The position numbers and the translations under genes were made by a program. From assembly GCA_945952345.1 (NCBI GenBank), contig CAMFIS010000004.1:11094-75093 (forward strand): DNA of 64,000 nt, written 5' to 3'. The notes under the pieces were generated by a model. It saw only the letters and a program-made list of their open reading frames with translations, had not been told where the DNA came from and searched no databases. Below, in pieces: positions 52,389 to 61,680 of this stretch (positions are counted from its first letter, which is position 1; the number at the start of each line of letters is the position of its first letter). Source of the stretch: an uncultured Fimbriimonas sp. (GTDB taxonomy: Bacteria > Armatimonadota > Fimbriimonadia > Fimbriimonadales > Fimbriimonadaceae).

Positions 52389-53321
52389 ATGAGTAACAAG
52401 ACTGCCCCCATCTGGATTCCACTCGCCGTACTGGCGGTGGTGGTCGGGGCGCTTGTCACGATCCGATCTAGTAAGTCGAATGGAATCTGGAGTCAGAAGT
52501 ACGACCTGAAGCCTCAGCTCGGCGCGCAATTGCCCGTCGACGCTCAGCTTACAGAGTCCGATGGTTCGACTCACATGTTCGGCGAGTACTTCCGCTCGGG
52601 CCGACCAGTGATGCTCCTCCCGATTTTCTACGGCTGCAACGGAGTTTGCTATACCGAGACCGAGGCGTTGATCAAGACGCTGTTGGTCGAGACGGCCCTC
52701 AGTACGAAGAAGTCGGTGGACTCGGTGGTGCCAGGTCGGGATTTCGATCTCGTCGTGGTGAGCATTCATCCCAAGGAAACTCCGGCGCTGGCAAATGCCA
52801 AGCGAACCGAATTCCTGGATGCCTTCCACGCAGCTTGGAATAACCAAACGCCTCAGCGTCAGCAGGAACTGGGTGCTTACCTCGATAAAGGTGTTCACTT
52901 TACGGTTGGTAAGCCAGCCGAAGTTCAGAAGTTGACCGATGCCATGGGCTTTTACTACAGCTTCGACGAGAAGCGAAACTGGGTAAACCACCCTGCGGCC
53001 GCAGCGTTCCTTGCTCCGTCAGCAAAGATCGTGGCCTACAACACTGGTAGCGAGTTCCAGACGAAGAATCTGCGTAACAACGTCCACGAAGCCACCAAGG
53101 GCAAGGTTCAGCCCATCGGCGACGTCTTCCTCCTCGGTTGTTTCCGAATGGAGGCTGCCAGTCCGAGAACCCGATCCATCGTTTTCATTCTTAACTCTTG
53201 CGTCATCGCCACGTTCTTGGGAGCAATCTTCATGATCTGGCGATACAACAAGTCCTATCCCAGCAATACGCTTTTCTCAGGAAGTCCTAAGGACGAAGCC
53301 GGAGATCCTCATCAGTCATGA
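52389..53321 (+). CDS. SCO1/SenC-like thioredoxin-fold copper chaperone with N- and C-terminal TM helices
   Basis: ATG at 52389 (MSNKTAPIWIPLAVLAVVVGALV). It has a CxxxC motif (YGCNGVCY), SIHPKETP (compare SvDPerDtP) and a distal His (VNHPAAAAFLAPSAKIV). There is an extra C-terminal TM helix (IVFILNSCVIATFLGAIFMIW). Confidence 0.7.
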   Translation: MSNKTAPIWIPLAVLAVVVGALVTIRSSKSNGIWSQKYDLKPQLGAQLPVDAQLTESDGSTHMFGEYFRSGRPVMLLPIFYGCNGVCYTETEALIKTLLVETALSTKKSVDSVVPGRDFDLVVVSIHPKETPALANAKRTEFLDAFHAAWNNQTPQRQQELGAYLDKGVHFTVGKPAEVQKLTDAMGFYYSFDEKRNWVNHPAAAAFLAPSAKIVAYNTGSEFQTKNLRNNVHEATKGKVQPIGDVFLLGCFRMEAASPRTRSIVFILNSCVIATFLGAIFMIWRYNKSYPSNTLFSGSPKDEAGDPHQS

Positions 53322-54448
53322 ACTTTGCGAACTTTCCCTTCAATCCGCCAGCCGCATCGAACTTTGCGTCCGAAATGGACACACTGTTCTATTCGATCCT
53401 GATCTTGTCAGTGTTCTTTGCGGTGGTGACGTTCTTCTTCGTTCTGTACTTTGCTTTCAAGTACCGAGCGGGTTCTTCGGCGGATCGGTCTAGCCCCGTG
53501 TACGAGAACATGAAGATGGAAATCGTGTGGATTATCGTTCCGACGATCCTTGCGATTATCTTCTTCGTGTGGGGTGCCAAGGTTTATGCCGATACGCGAA
53601 TTCCCCCGAAGGACGCCAAAGAGATTTATGTGGTTGGCAAGCAGTGGATGTGGCATATTCAGCATCCGAATGGAGTGCGCGAGAACAATACGCTACACGT
53701 GCCGATCGACACCGATATCAAGCTGACGATGATCGCCCAGGATGTTATTCATGACTTCTACATCCCAGCGTTCCGAACTCAGTTCATGGTCGTCCCAGGT
53801 CGATACACCCAGATGTGGTTCCGACCGACGATGATCGGGAAGTATCACTTGTTCTGCAACATGTACTGCGGTGCACAGCACTCCGAAATGGGTGGCACCG
53901 TCATCGTCATGAGCAAGCGAGACTACGCTGAATGGCTCGCGAACAACGGTTCGACCCGCCAGAACCTCACGCCGGAGCAAGCTGGCGAGAAGCTGTTCAC
54001 CAAGATCGGATGCGGCAACTGCCACGGTCCGGCCGACTTGCCGCCGCGCGCTCCGTCGCTTCATGGCCTGTACAACCAGCCGCGAGAGATGGACAACGGC
54101 CAGAAGTTCTTGGCAGACGAGACCTACATTCGTGAATCGATCCTTCGCCCTTCCGAGAAGGTGCGCAAGGGATACATGAACACGATGCCGGTTTATGACA
54201 AACAGCTGAGCGAAGAAGAGATCATGTCCCTCATCGCTTACATCAAGGCAGGAGCAAACCCTGCTCTGCCGGCTGGAAATATCGCCGCCTCAGTCCCGGG
54301 TCATGAAGCCCAGGTTGATGGCAAGGCAGGACTGAATTCGAATGCGCTTGAGTTCAACGCTCAAAGCGCAGATGCAACACCCACACAACGCGGTCGCAGC
54401 CTCGCGGTTGGTGCAATGGCTGCAGAAAAGGTTGATCACAAACCATGA
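53318..54448 (+). CDS. ctaC: cytochrome c oxidase subunit II with fused C-terminal cytochrome c domain (caa3-type)
   Basis: 376 aa with two TM helices, CuA ligands (VIHDF...[13 protein letters not shown]) and a C-terminal CxxCH (CGNCHG). Confidence 0.92.
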   Translation: MNFANFPFNPPAASNFASEMDTLFYSILILSVFFAVVTFFFVLYFAFKYRAGSSADRSSPVYENMKMEIVWIIVPTILAIIFFVWGAKVYADTRIPPKDAKEIYVVGKQWMWHIQHPNGVRENNTLHVPIDTDIKLTMIAQDVIHDFYIPAFRTQFMVVPGRYTQMWFRPTMIGKYHLFCNMYCGAQHSEMGGTVIVMSKRDYAEWLANNGSTRQNLTPEQAGEKLFTKIGCGNCHGPADLPPRAPSLHGLYNQPREMDNGQKFLADETYIRESILRPSEKVRKGYMNTMPVYDKQLSEEEIMSLIAYIKAGANPALPAGNIAASVPGHEAQVDGKAGLNSNALEFNAQSADATPTQRGRSLAVGAMAAEKVDHKP

Positions 54449-56130
54449 GCACGACGGTAAAAACTCCAATTGGTAATGTCGAACCGGCCAAACCGAGGCT
54501 GAATTACCTGACCAATGGCCATTCGCTAAAGACTTGGCTCCTCACCGAGGATCACAAGAGAATTGCCATCCTGTACCTCATCTCTGTCAGCTTCTTCTTC
54601 TTGCTCGGTGGCTCGTTCGCGGGCATGATTCGATGGGAACTCATGTCGCCTGCTGGCAACGTGTTCGAATCGGATGCTTACAACCGCATCTTCACCGCTC
54701 ACGGCGCGATCATGGTCTTCCTGTTCTTGTTGGTTGCGGTGCCGGCGGTTTTGGGCAACTTCTGTTTGCCGTTGATGATTGGCGCGCGGGACCTTGCATT
54801 CCCAAGAATTAACCTTCTAAGTTGGTATCTCTATACTGCTGCGGGAACGTTAATCTTGATCTCGGTCGTCACCGGTGGTGTTGACGCGGGATGGACGTTC
54901 TATACGCCGTATTCGAGCCTCTATTCAAACAGTAACGTTTCGCTCTGTTTGGTCGGAGTTTTCATCGGTGGATTCAGCTCGATCACCACAGGCGTTAACT
55001 TCATCGCGACAACGCACCGCATGCGTGCTCCAGGCATGACTTGGTTCCGATTGCCGCTCTTTGTATGGGCGCAATACGCAACCGGCATTATCATGATGCT
55101 GGGGACCCCAGTTGTTGCCATTACGCTGCTCTGCGTCGTGTTCGAACGAACCTTCCAGTTGCCGATCTTCAGCCCTGAGCTCGGCGGCGACCCGGTTCTG
55201 TTCCAGCACATGTTCTGGTTCTATAGCCACCCGGCGGTGTACATCATGGTGCTTCCATCGTTCGGTGTCATCTCGGAAGTTATCACGGCCTTCTCTCGAA
55301 AGCGTGTGTTCGGCTACCACTTCATTGCCTTCAGCTCTCTGGCGATCGCGTTCCTTGGCTTCCTCGTTTGGGGCCACCACATGTTCGTCTCCAGTCAGTC
55401 GATGTACCAAGGCGTTGCGTTCTCACTGATGACGTTCTTGCTCGCGGTTCCGTCCGCCATCAAGATCTTCAACTGGACCGCGACGATGTGGAAGGGCAAC
55501 ATCCACCTCAACTCGCCAATGATCTACGCGATCGGCTTTATGGGTCTGTTCCTTATCGGTGGTCTAACGGGTCTGTTCTTGGCTTGTATGGGCACCGACG
55601 TTCACCTCACGGCGACGTACTTCATCGTGGCTCACTTCCACTATGTCATGGTGGGTGGTACGGTTATGGGCTTCCTCGCCGGTATCCACTTCTGGTGGCC
55701 GAAGATGACGGGCAAACTGTTCAACGACAACGTGGCGCGTTGGAACGCAATTGTCGTGTTCCTTGGCTTTAACCTAACCTTCTTCCCGCAATTCGTGGTG
55801 GGCTGGATGGGTATGCCGCGACGATATCACTACTACTACTTCGCGCCAGAATATCAAGCGTTCAACATTATGTCGACGCTGGGTGCTACGGTTCTCGGAA
55901 TTGGTTTTGTGGTCCCCGTTTGCTACCTAATCTCGTCGCTCTTCAAGGGTAAGCCAGCGGGCGATAATCCTTGGGGCGCTCATGGTCTTGAGTGGCAGAC
56001 AACGTCGCCTCCTCCGACTGAAAACTTCTATTACGATCCGATCGTCACCGACGACGTTTACGACTACGATCCGGTTGCTGAGCACGAGCAGTACCTGGAG
56101 CGACAACGACAACTAGGAGCACAAGCTTAA
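54445..56130 (+). CDS. ctaD: cytochrome c oxidase subunit I
   Basis: 561 aa with canonical heme-copper oxidase motifs ([29 protein letters not shown]). Confidence 0.97.
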   Translation: MSTTVKTPIGNVEPAKPRLNYLTNGHSLKTWLLTEDHKRIAILYLISVSFFFLLGGSFAGMIRWELMSPAGNVFESDAYNRIFTAHGAIMVFLFLLVAVPAVLGNFCLPLMIGARDLAFPRINLLSWYLYTAAGTLILISVVTGGVDAGWTFYTPYSSLYSNSNVSLCLVGVFIGGFSSITTGVNFIATTHRMRAPGMTWFRLPLFVWAQYATGIIMMLGTPVVAITLLCVVFERTFQLPIFSPELGGDPVLFQHMFWFYSHPAVYIMVLPSFGVISEVITAFSRKRVFGYHFIAFSSLAIAFLGFLVWGHHMFVSSQSMYQGVAFSLMTFLLAVPSAIKIFNWTATMWKGNIHLNSPMIYAIGFMGLFLIGGLTGLFLACMGTDVHLTATYFIVAHFHYVMVGGTVMGFLAGIHFWWPKMTGKLFNDNVARWNAIVVFLGFNLTFFPQFVVGWMGMPRRYHYYYFAPEYQAFNIMSTLGATVLGIGFVVPVCYLISSLFKGKPAGDNPWGAHGLEWQTTSPPPTENFYYDPIVTDDVYDYDPVAEHEQYLERQRQLGAQA

Positions 56131-56132
56131 GA

Positions 56133-56822
56133 ATGGCAGCACACACGGATAGTCCGGTCAAGTTCCAGTACCACGACATCGATCAGCAGAACGATACGTA
56201 CATCATCGGCATGTGGTCGTTCATGGTCACGGAGATCATGTTCTTTGGTGGTCTGTTCCTGATCTACTCGCTCTACCGCGGAAACTACCAAGCCGACTGG
56301 TATAAGGCGCACGAGCATCTGAGTTGGCAGTGGGGTGGTGTCAACACGGCGAACCTGCTCGTAAGCTCGATGTTCATGGCGCTTGCGGTTCGAGCGGCTC
56401 AACGAAAGGATCGAACTTCAGTTTTGGCCATTCTCCCGGTAGTCATAGGATGCGGTGCGCTCTTCATGGCGATCAAGTACTGGGAGTATTCAACCAAGAT
56501 TCAAGACCACTTGTACCCAGGTCCGAGCTTTACGACTGACCCAGCAATGGTGCACCACGCCAACCTCGACCATGCACAGCTGTTTTACGGTCTCTACTTC
56601 GGTATGACCGGTTTGCATGGTGTGCACGTTGTGGTGGGAATGCTTATCATCTCGGTGCTGTGGCTCAAATGGTATCAGCGAAAGAAAATCGTCACGGAGG
56701 ATTTCATTCCAACTGAACTGGTCGGTCTGTATTGGCACTTCGTGGACATCGTCTGGATCTTCCTGTATCCGCTGTTCTATCTCATGCCTCGACCGTATAA
56801 CTTGATCGAGGGAGGTCACTAA
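56133..56822 (+). CDS. ctaE: cytochrome c oxidase subunit III
   Basis: 229 aa with a subunit III-like polytopic pattern (GMWSFMVTEIMFFGGLF, YWHFVDIVWIFLY). Confidence 0.9.
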   Translation: MAAHTDSPVKFQYHDIDQQNDTYIIGMWSFMVTEIMFFGGLFLIYSLYRGNYQADWYKAHEHLSWQWGGVNTANLLVSSMFMALAVRAAQRKDRTSVLAILPVVIGCGALFMAIKYWEYSTKIQDHLYPGPSFTTDPAMVHHANLDHAQLFYGLYFGMTGLHGVHVVVGMLIISVLWLKWYQRKKIVTEDFIPTELVGLYWHFVDIVWIFLYPLFYLMPRPYNLIEGGH

Positions 56823-56824
56823 TC

Positions 56825-57295
56825 ATGGCAAAATCTCCACTTCACGCCGACGATCACGGGCATCACATTCACTCACGGGGGATGTATTGGACGACCGCTG
56901 GAGTCCTCGCTGCTTTCATGCTTCTCACGATTGGCGCGGCGCAAGTGAACATTGGCGACTATATCCATAACGCCAAACTTGGTTACTACGCCAACAACGG
57001 AATCGCATGGGTGATCGCGGGTATCAAAGCATACATCGTTGTCATGTACTTCATGCACCTCAAGTGGGCGTCGAGCACGGCTAAGATTTGGGCTCTGATG
57101 GGCTTCTTCTTCTTGCCGATTCTGTTCTCCGTCTACTGCGATTACTACACTCGATCGCATGAGGTGGTTGATGGGTGGATCCCGGGCCAACACGAGACTG
57201 CGTTGCCGCGGGTTATCGGCTCGAAGGACCAGGAAGAGCTGCCATCGAAGTATGCGAATGAGCAGAACCGTAATCCAAAGAGTAGCCTTTGGTAA
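56825..57295 (+). CDS. ctaF: cytochrome c oxidase subunit IV family protein (prokaryotic)
   Basis: 156 aa. It has a His-rich N-terminus followed by three TM helices (HGHHIHSRGMYWTTAGVLAAFMLLT...). It occupies the last position of the oxidase operon. Confidence 0.7.
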   Translation: MAKSPLHADDHGHHIHSRGMYWTTAGVLAAFMLLTIGAAQVNIGDYIHNAKLGYYANNGIAWVIAGIKAYIVVMYFMHLKWASSTAKIWALMGFFFLPILFSVYCDYYTRSHEVVDGWIPGQHETALPRVIGSKDQEELPSKYANEQNRNPKSSLW

Positions 57296-57296
57296 T

Positions 57297-57384
57297 CAGA
57301 GAACAGCAAGCTGAGAACCGTGAATAGTTAAGAGGGAGTTGGGTAGCCAACTCCCTCTTTTCATTGAGCAATGAGCGATGAGGT
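57297..57384. repeat. heptamer-phased arrays flanking the cta terminator
   Basis: 57297-57331 reads CAGAGAA CAGCAAG CTGAGAA CCGTGAA TAGTTAA. 57362-57384 reads CATTGAG CAATGAG CGATGAG. The hairpin at 57330-57359 lies between the two arrays. Confidence 0.75.
57330..57361 (+). terminator. rho-independent terminator of the ACIII-caa3 transcription unit
   Basis: AAGAGGGAGTTGG-GTAG-CCAACTCCCTCTT is followed by TT, 35 nt after the ctaF stop. Confidence 0.8.
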
Positions 57385-57415
57385 GCGGACGTACCAGTGT
57401 CCTAAGAACGCCAGC

Positions 57416-58582
57416 CTAATGAATGGTCAACGCGGCGACGTTATCCTTCGGGGACATCCAGTTCTCGGTTCGGTATGACTTGATCTTTCGAATGAGATCG
57501 GCTTCGGAGTCATGGAACGGGTCAGCGGCATCGATCTTTCCTCCAGGTCGATAGAGGCCCCAGTTGCCAACCGGACCGCCTGCGCCACAAGCCTTCCACG
57601 CCCATGAACACCAAGACCAGCCCTGCTTGCTCATCTCGGCGGTGAACTCCTTGGTGCCGAGGGCAGAGTATTGCGGTTCGAGCTGAAACTCTCCAACGTA
57701 GATCGGCGAGTTTCGGTAGCCCTGAAGTTCACGTATCTTCGGATCCTCCTTCAGGCGATTCTTGAGGTGGTCTTCCGGTGTCTTAGCATCGAAGTTATAA
57801 AAATGAAGGGAGAAGGCGACGTTGGTCCACCCAGGCACGTTTGGATGCGGAGTTGTGTCGAATCCCTTGTAGCCGTCATCCACGAGGACGACCTTGTTTG
57901 GGTCGACCTTTCGGATCGCACGAATCACGCGATCGTACACTAAGTGCAGCATGGCCGGGTTCGGTGCGCCCATCGGCTCGTTCATGATGTCGTACACCGC
58001 GACGGTAGGGTCGTCGCGGAACATGGTGGCGAGGCGCGTCCATTTGCGCTCCATCTCTGAGATATTCTCGACGTCGAACCATAGCCGGTTGCGGTTTTCT
58101 TTGCCCGTATGGTGCTCGTTGCTTTGGCCACCAGGGCAGCCGTGCATGTCGAGTACAACGTAGAGTCCTTCGCGCTTCGCCATCGCAACGGCTTTCTTTA
58201 GTCTCTCTTCCCCTCCCGGCTCGTCGATGAGGTCATGGAGGATGGGCAGTCGAATGTGGTTAAGACCCATGGACTTCACTCGATGGAAGTCTTCCTGGGT
58301 GATCCAGTTGTCTCGCCATGTGTTTCTCACTCGAATCATCGCATCATGGCCCAGGCGCTTCTCGATGGTGGACCAAAGGGAGTCGTGGTCGCGCACCGTT
58401 TCCTTTGCACTCTCGCTCTCTTTGTTCTTCCACGGAGTCATCCAAATCTCTTCGACAAACCAACTGCCAAAATTGATGCCTCGGAGTAGGACGGTCTTTC
58501 CGCTTGGGTCGACGAGATTCTCGCCTTTGGTGTGGAGTGGGGCGAGGGCTTGATAGGTGAGAAGAGCGGTCGCAAGCAGCAT
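57416..58582 (-). CDS. glycoside hydrolase family 5 (cellulase/mannanase-like)
   Basis: 388 aa with a signal peptide and GH5 signatures: GLNHIRLP, the acid/base motif YDIMNEP, and a nucleophile region (IYVGEFQ). Confidence 0.8.
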   Translation of the reverse strand: MLLATALLTYQALAPLHTKGENLVDPSGKTVLLRGINFGSWFVEEIWMTPWKNKESESAKETVRDHDSLWSTIEKRLGHDAMIRVRNTWRDNWITQEDFHRVKSMGLNHIRLPILHDLIDEPGGEERLKKAVAMAKREGLYVVLDMHGCPGGQSNEHHTGKENRNRLWFDVENISEMERKWTRLATMFRDDPTVAVYDIMNEPMGAPNPAMLHLVYDRVIRAIRKVDPNKVVLVDDGYKGFDTTPHPNVPGWTNVAFSLHFYNFDAKTPEDHLKNRLKEDPKIRELQGYRNSPIYVGEFQLEPQYSALGTKEFTAEMSKQGWSWCSWAWKACGAGGPVGNWGLYRPGGKIDAADPFHDSEADLIRKIKSYRTENWMSPKDNVAALTIH

Positions 58583-58649
58583 AGGATTAGCCTTTTGACG
58601 AGCTTATCACGAGCTGATTTCAGGTGGGAAGGTGATAACGGGAGGAAAT

Positions 58650-58789
58650 CAGTGAACTGTAAGCAGCGAGCAGCGAACAGGGTAAAGAATGAAGAAAGAA
58701 GGGAGAAGGGAGAAGTAAAAAATGAATAGCCAGCTCACGAGGAACTGGCTATTCTGATTTCTGATCTCTGCTTACTGTTCTCTGGTTAC
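58650..58789. repeat. inverted heptamer-phased arrays around a 10-bp hairpin
   Basis: 58650-58726 is eleven phased heptamers (CAGTGAA CTGTAAG CAGCGAG CAGCGAA CAGGGTA AAGAATG AAGAAAG AAGGGAG AAGGGAG AAGTAAA AAATGAA). The hairpin is GAATAGCCAG (58724-58733) / CTGGCTATTC (58745-58754). 58755-58789 is the opposite-orientation array (TGATTTC TGATCTC TGCTTAC TGTTCTC TGGTTAC). Confidence 0.85.
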
Positions 58790-60153
58790 TTGCTCGACTT
58801 TCCAGTGTCGAGGTTGACGAATGTACCCATCAGCGTCTTCTCGGCGGCACCCTTGTCGCCGCTTTGCAGCGCACGGAGAGCCATCGTGACTTCTTGCGCT
58901 TCGGCGGTGCGTCCTTCGTTGACCAGGAGCATCTGCGTCTTCTGCAGTTCTTGGATAGCACCCATCTGAGTGATGGCGCCCGTCTTGAGGCCCATAACCG
59001 TCTTCTCGATCGCTTTGCTCGAGGCAACGATCTGAGCGGCCTGAGAAACGCGAGGATTGACGGGAGACGAGTAGCGAGCCGAGTCGGACGAGAATTCCAT
59101 CTCGAAGTCGAGATCAAGCGTTACATGCTGACCCGTCATCAGGTCTTCGTAATTTAGCTTGCCACCCAAGACTCGGTAATGCCCGAGCGGGTGATTGGCG
59201 AATTCGAGATCGATGACTTGTTGGATCGTCGTACCGCGCTCCATATCGGCGAGACCCACCGTGACAGTTCCATCGGTCGCTTGCTGGGGTGATCGCATGG
59301 AGACCCAACGCGCCAGCTTAAGCTCGAGCGACATGTTGCGAGTGACCGTCGTCATCAGCTTTTCTAGCTCAGACCGGAAGATTTCGGGGATCATCTGCGG
59401 TTGAGGAATGAAGTAGTAGTTTCCGCCTGCCTTCTTTGCCATACCGGCGAGAAGTTCTTCATTGTAATCGGGACCAAATCCGAGGAATGTGACCGAGATA
59501 CCGCGGTTTCGTAGCTCGCCCGCGTGATTGACCAAGGCGGTGTAATCCTTGATTCCTGCCGTCGGGTCGCCGTCGGTCAAGACGATCATTCGTGTTGCCC
59601 GGTTAGATTCGATGAACTGCATCACTTGCTGCATTGCAAGCGAGATGCCGTCGTACAGGTTCGTGGTGTTGCCAGCCTGAAGTCGAGCGATGCCAGCCTT
59701 AACCATGTCTTTGTTCGTGAGCTGCTGGGGAGGCATCAGAACTTCAACCATCTCTTCGAAGGTGACGATGCTGAGAACGTCGGTAGGAAGGAGCAGGTCG
59801 ACCACGTGCGAACAGGCCTGCTTGACGTACTCAAGCGGTTGCCCTTCCATAGAACCTGATCGGTCGATGACGAGACAAAGATTCATCGGAGTTCGCCCAC
59901 CGCTGACGATGCCGCCAAAGGTTTCGCCTCCGCCACCAGCGCGAAGCTCGAGCAGGTACTGCTCGCGTGCTGGGCCGTTGGCCATGGTGCAGGTGCGTCC
60001 CGCGATGATCTCGACCTCGAGGGCTTTCATGGGCGCCATCACCGAGGTACGACCCATGTCGGTTGGGCTCATTGCCACGGTTCTTTGTCCACCCGCAGTT
60101 GGGGCGCTCGTCATAACGGTTTGGTTGATATCTACTCTTTGTGTAAGGTCCAT
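58786..60153 (-). CDS. cytoplasmic von Willebrand factor A (vWA) domain protein
   Basis: 455 aa with no signal peptide. The MIDAS motif is intact (LVIDRSGSMEG ... NTTNLYDG ... LTDGDPT). It has a Thr/Ser/Met-rich N-terminal ~60 aa and a C-terminal beta-rich plus helical region. Confidence 0.85.
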   Translation of the reverse strand: MDLTQRVDINQTVMTSAPTAGGQRTVAMSPTDMGRTSVMAPMKALEVEIIAGRTCTMANGPAREQYLLELRAGGGGETFGGIVSGGRTPMNLCLVIDRSGSMEGQPLEYVKQACSHVVDLLLPTDVLSIVTFEEMVEVLMPPQQLTNKDMVKAGIARLQAGNTTNLYDGISLAMQQVMQFIESNRATRMIVLTDGDPTAGIKDYTALVNHAGELRNRGISVTFLGFGPDYNEELLAGMAKKAGGNYYFIPQPQMIPEIFRSELEKLMTTVTRNMSLELKLARWVSMRSPQQATDGTVTVGLADMERGTTIQQVIDLEFANHPLGHYRVLGGKLNYEDLMTGQHVTLDLDFEMEFSSDSARYSSPVNPRVSQAAQIVASSKAIEKTVMGLKTGAITQMGAIQELQKTQMLLVNEGRTAEAQEVTMALRALQSGDKGAAEKTLMGTFVNLDTGKSSK

Positions 60154-60165
60154 GGTATTGCCCTA

Positions 60166-61680
60166 TTAAGATTCTATGCGAAAACTGGTGGCTCCAACTT
60201 TAACGATGTCGCCATTTTTTGCCATTGCAGTCGTGACTCGCTGGCCATTTACAAAAGTTCCGTTCGTGCTTCCCAGATCGGAGACATTCACGAACATGCC
60301 GGAGGGTTCAAGTCGAGCATGCCGACGGCTTGCGCTGGTGTCGTTGCTCATGGGAACCTGCATCGATTCTCGGCCGAGTTCAATCGGACCAGCAAGCGGG
60401 AATCGTTGCCCCATCAGAGGTCCGTCGATCGCGACGAGGGAGGCCATGCCGGTTTGGACGGCCATTGTTGGTTGAAGGTTTGGCTGGGCAGGAACCGCGA
60501 CGGTTGGCTGCATTCCAGGTTGGGATGGAACCATCATTGTTGGCTGCATGGCCGGATTCATCATCGTCGGCTGCATGGAGGGAACACCCATGACAGTAGG
60601 TTGCATTCCCGGCACGGGCTGCATGCCCATAACGGTCGGCTGCATTGGCTGCATGCCCGGCATTGGTTGCATCGGCTGCATTCCAGGCACAGGCTGCATT
60701 GGCGCGCCACCCGCGGGATATGCGGCCATACCGCGCAGGTTTTCCGGACCCCGGTTTGGCACTTTGGAGTTCTTCAAGAGAAAGCGCAGATTGAAACTGC
60801 CAATCTGGATCATATCGCCCCCGCTCAGCATCGCTTGCTGAACGCGCTGGCCGTTGACCATGAGACCTGCCGGAGCGCCACGATCGACGATCGTGTATTG
60901 CTGTCCATTCTTTTGGATGATCGCGTGCTCTTGACCAACGTTTTGATCACCAAAGAGAGGAATATCGGCTCGCTCTGATCGACCAATCATCATCAAGCCC
61001 TTGTCGATTGCCCACTCTTTTCCTTCGTTTCGTCCGAGCTCAAGGCGAATCCAGGCAGATCGGAAAAGGGCCTCGATGATGCCAATCATCAGGGCGATGG
61101 CACCGCATAGAATTGCTGCAAAGAGTCCACGCCCAAAAGTTCCGACCTCGGTTGCTTGGTTCGGTCCAACGTGTTGCAGTTGAAGCATGATGCCGCCCGT
61201 GATCGAGGAAACGGGATCAAACAGCATTCCTCCGATCGCACCTCCGATCAAGCCGCCGATCGCGCCTTGAACGCCACGGCGAAGAACGAAGGTACTAAAG
61301 CCAATTCCCGCGCCCATTCCCATTCCGAAGACTGTAAGGGCCACGACGCGCCCAACATAATGGGCAACGCCAATTGGACTATTGATCAACATCTGGATCG
61401 GGGCGAGCAGTCCCATTGCCATCGCCATCCCGATGATCGCGAACAGAATGGAAAGACCACCTTCCTTCAGTGCTTTGAGTTTGCTTCCGCGTTGATATCC
61501 GCTGAGGAAACCAACCGAACCGCCCAAGGCGATGGCCCAGCCCCAGTAAAGCTTTTGTTCGAAGGCCAACCATTCAAGGCTGTAGAAGTTGACGGTATGG
61601 GGCTTGAAGGGTTCGATGAGAGCCCACACGAGGACCCCCGCCAACATTCCCATGATTGCTTTGAAAAGGATGCTTCCCAT
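60166..61680 (-). CDS. polytopic membrane protein with two FHA domains separated by an MQP-repeat linker
   Basis: 504 aa with about six Gly-rich TM helices. FHA-1 covers residues ~222-300 (MMIGRSERADIPL...QEHAII...VNGQRV). The linker at 318-412 is rich in MQP/PGMQP. FHA-2 covers ~413-503 (ELGRES...SRRHARL...GSTNGTFVNGQRV). Confidence 0.85.
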   Translation of the reverse strand: MGSILFKAIMGMLAGVLVWALIEPFKPHTVNFYSLEWLAFEQKLYWGWAIALGGSVGFLSGYQRGSKLKALKEGGLSILFAIIGMAMAMGLLAPIQMLINSPIGVAHYVGRVVALTVFGMGMGAGIGFSTFVLRRGVQGAIGGLIGGAIGGMLFDPVSSITGGIMLQLQHVGPNQATEVGTFGRGLFAAILCGAIALMIGIIEALFRSAWIRLELGRNEGKEWAIDKGLMMIGRSERADIPLFGDQNVGQEHAIIQKNGQQYTIVDRGAPAGLMVNGQRVQQAMLSGGDMIQIGSFNLRFLLKNSKVPNRGPENLRGMAAYPAGGAPMQPVPGMQPMQPMPGMQPMQPTVMGMQPVPGMQPTVMGVPSMQPTMMNPAMQPTMMVPSQPGMQPTVAVPAQPNLQPTMAVQTGMASLVAIDGPLMGQRFPLAGPIELGRESMQVPMSNDTSASRRHARLEPSGMFVNVSDLGSTNGTFVNGQRVTTAMAKNGDIVKVGATSFRIES

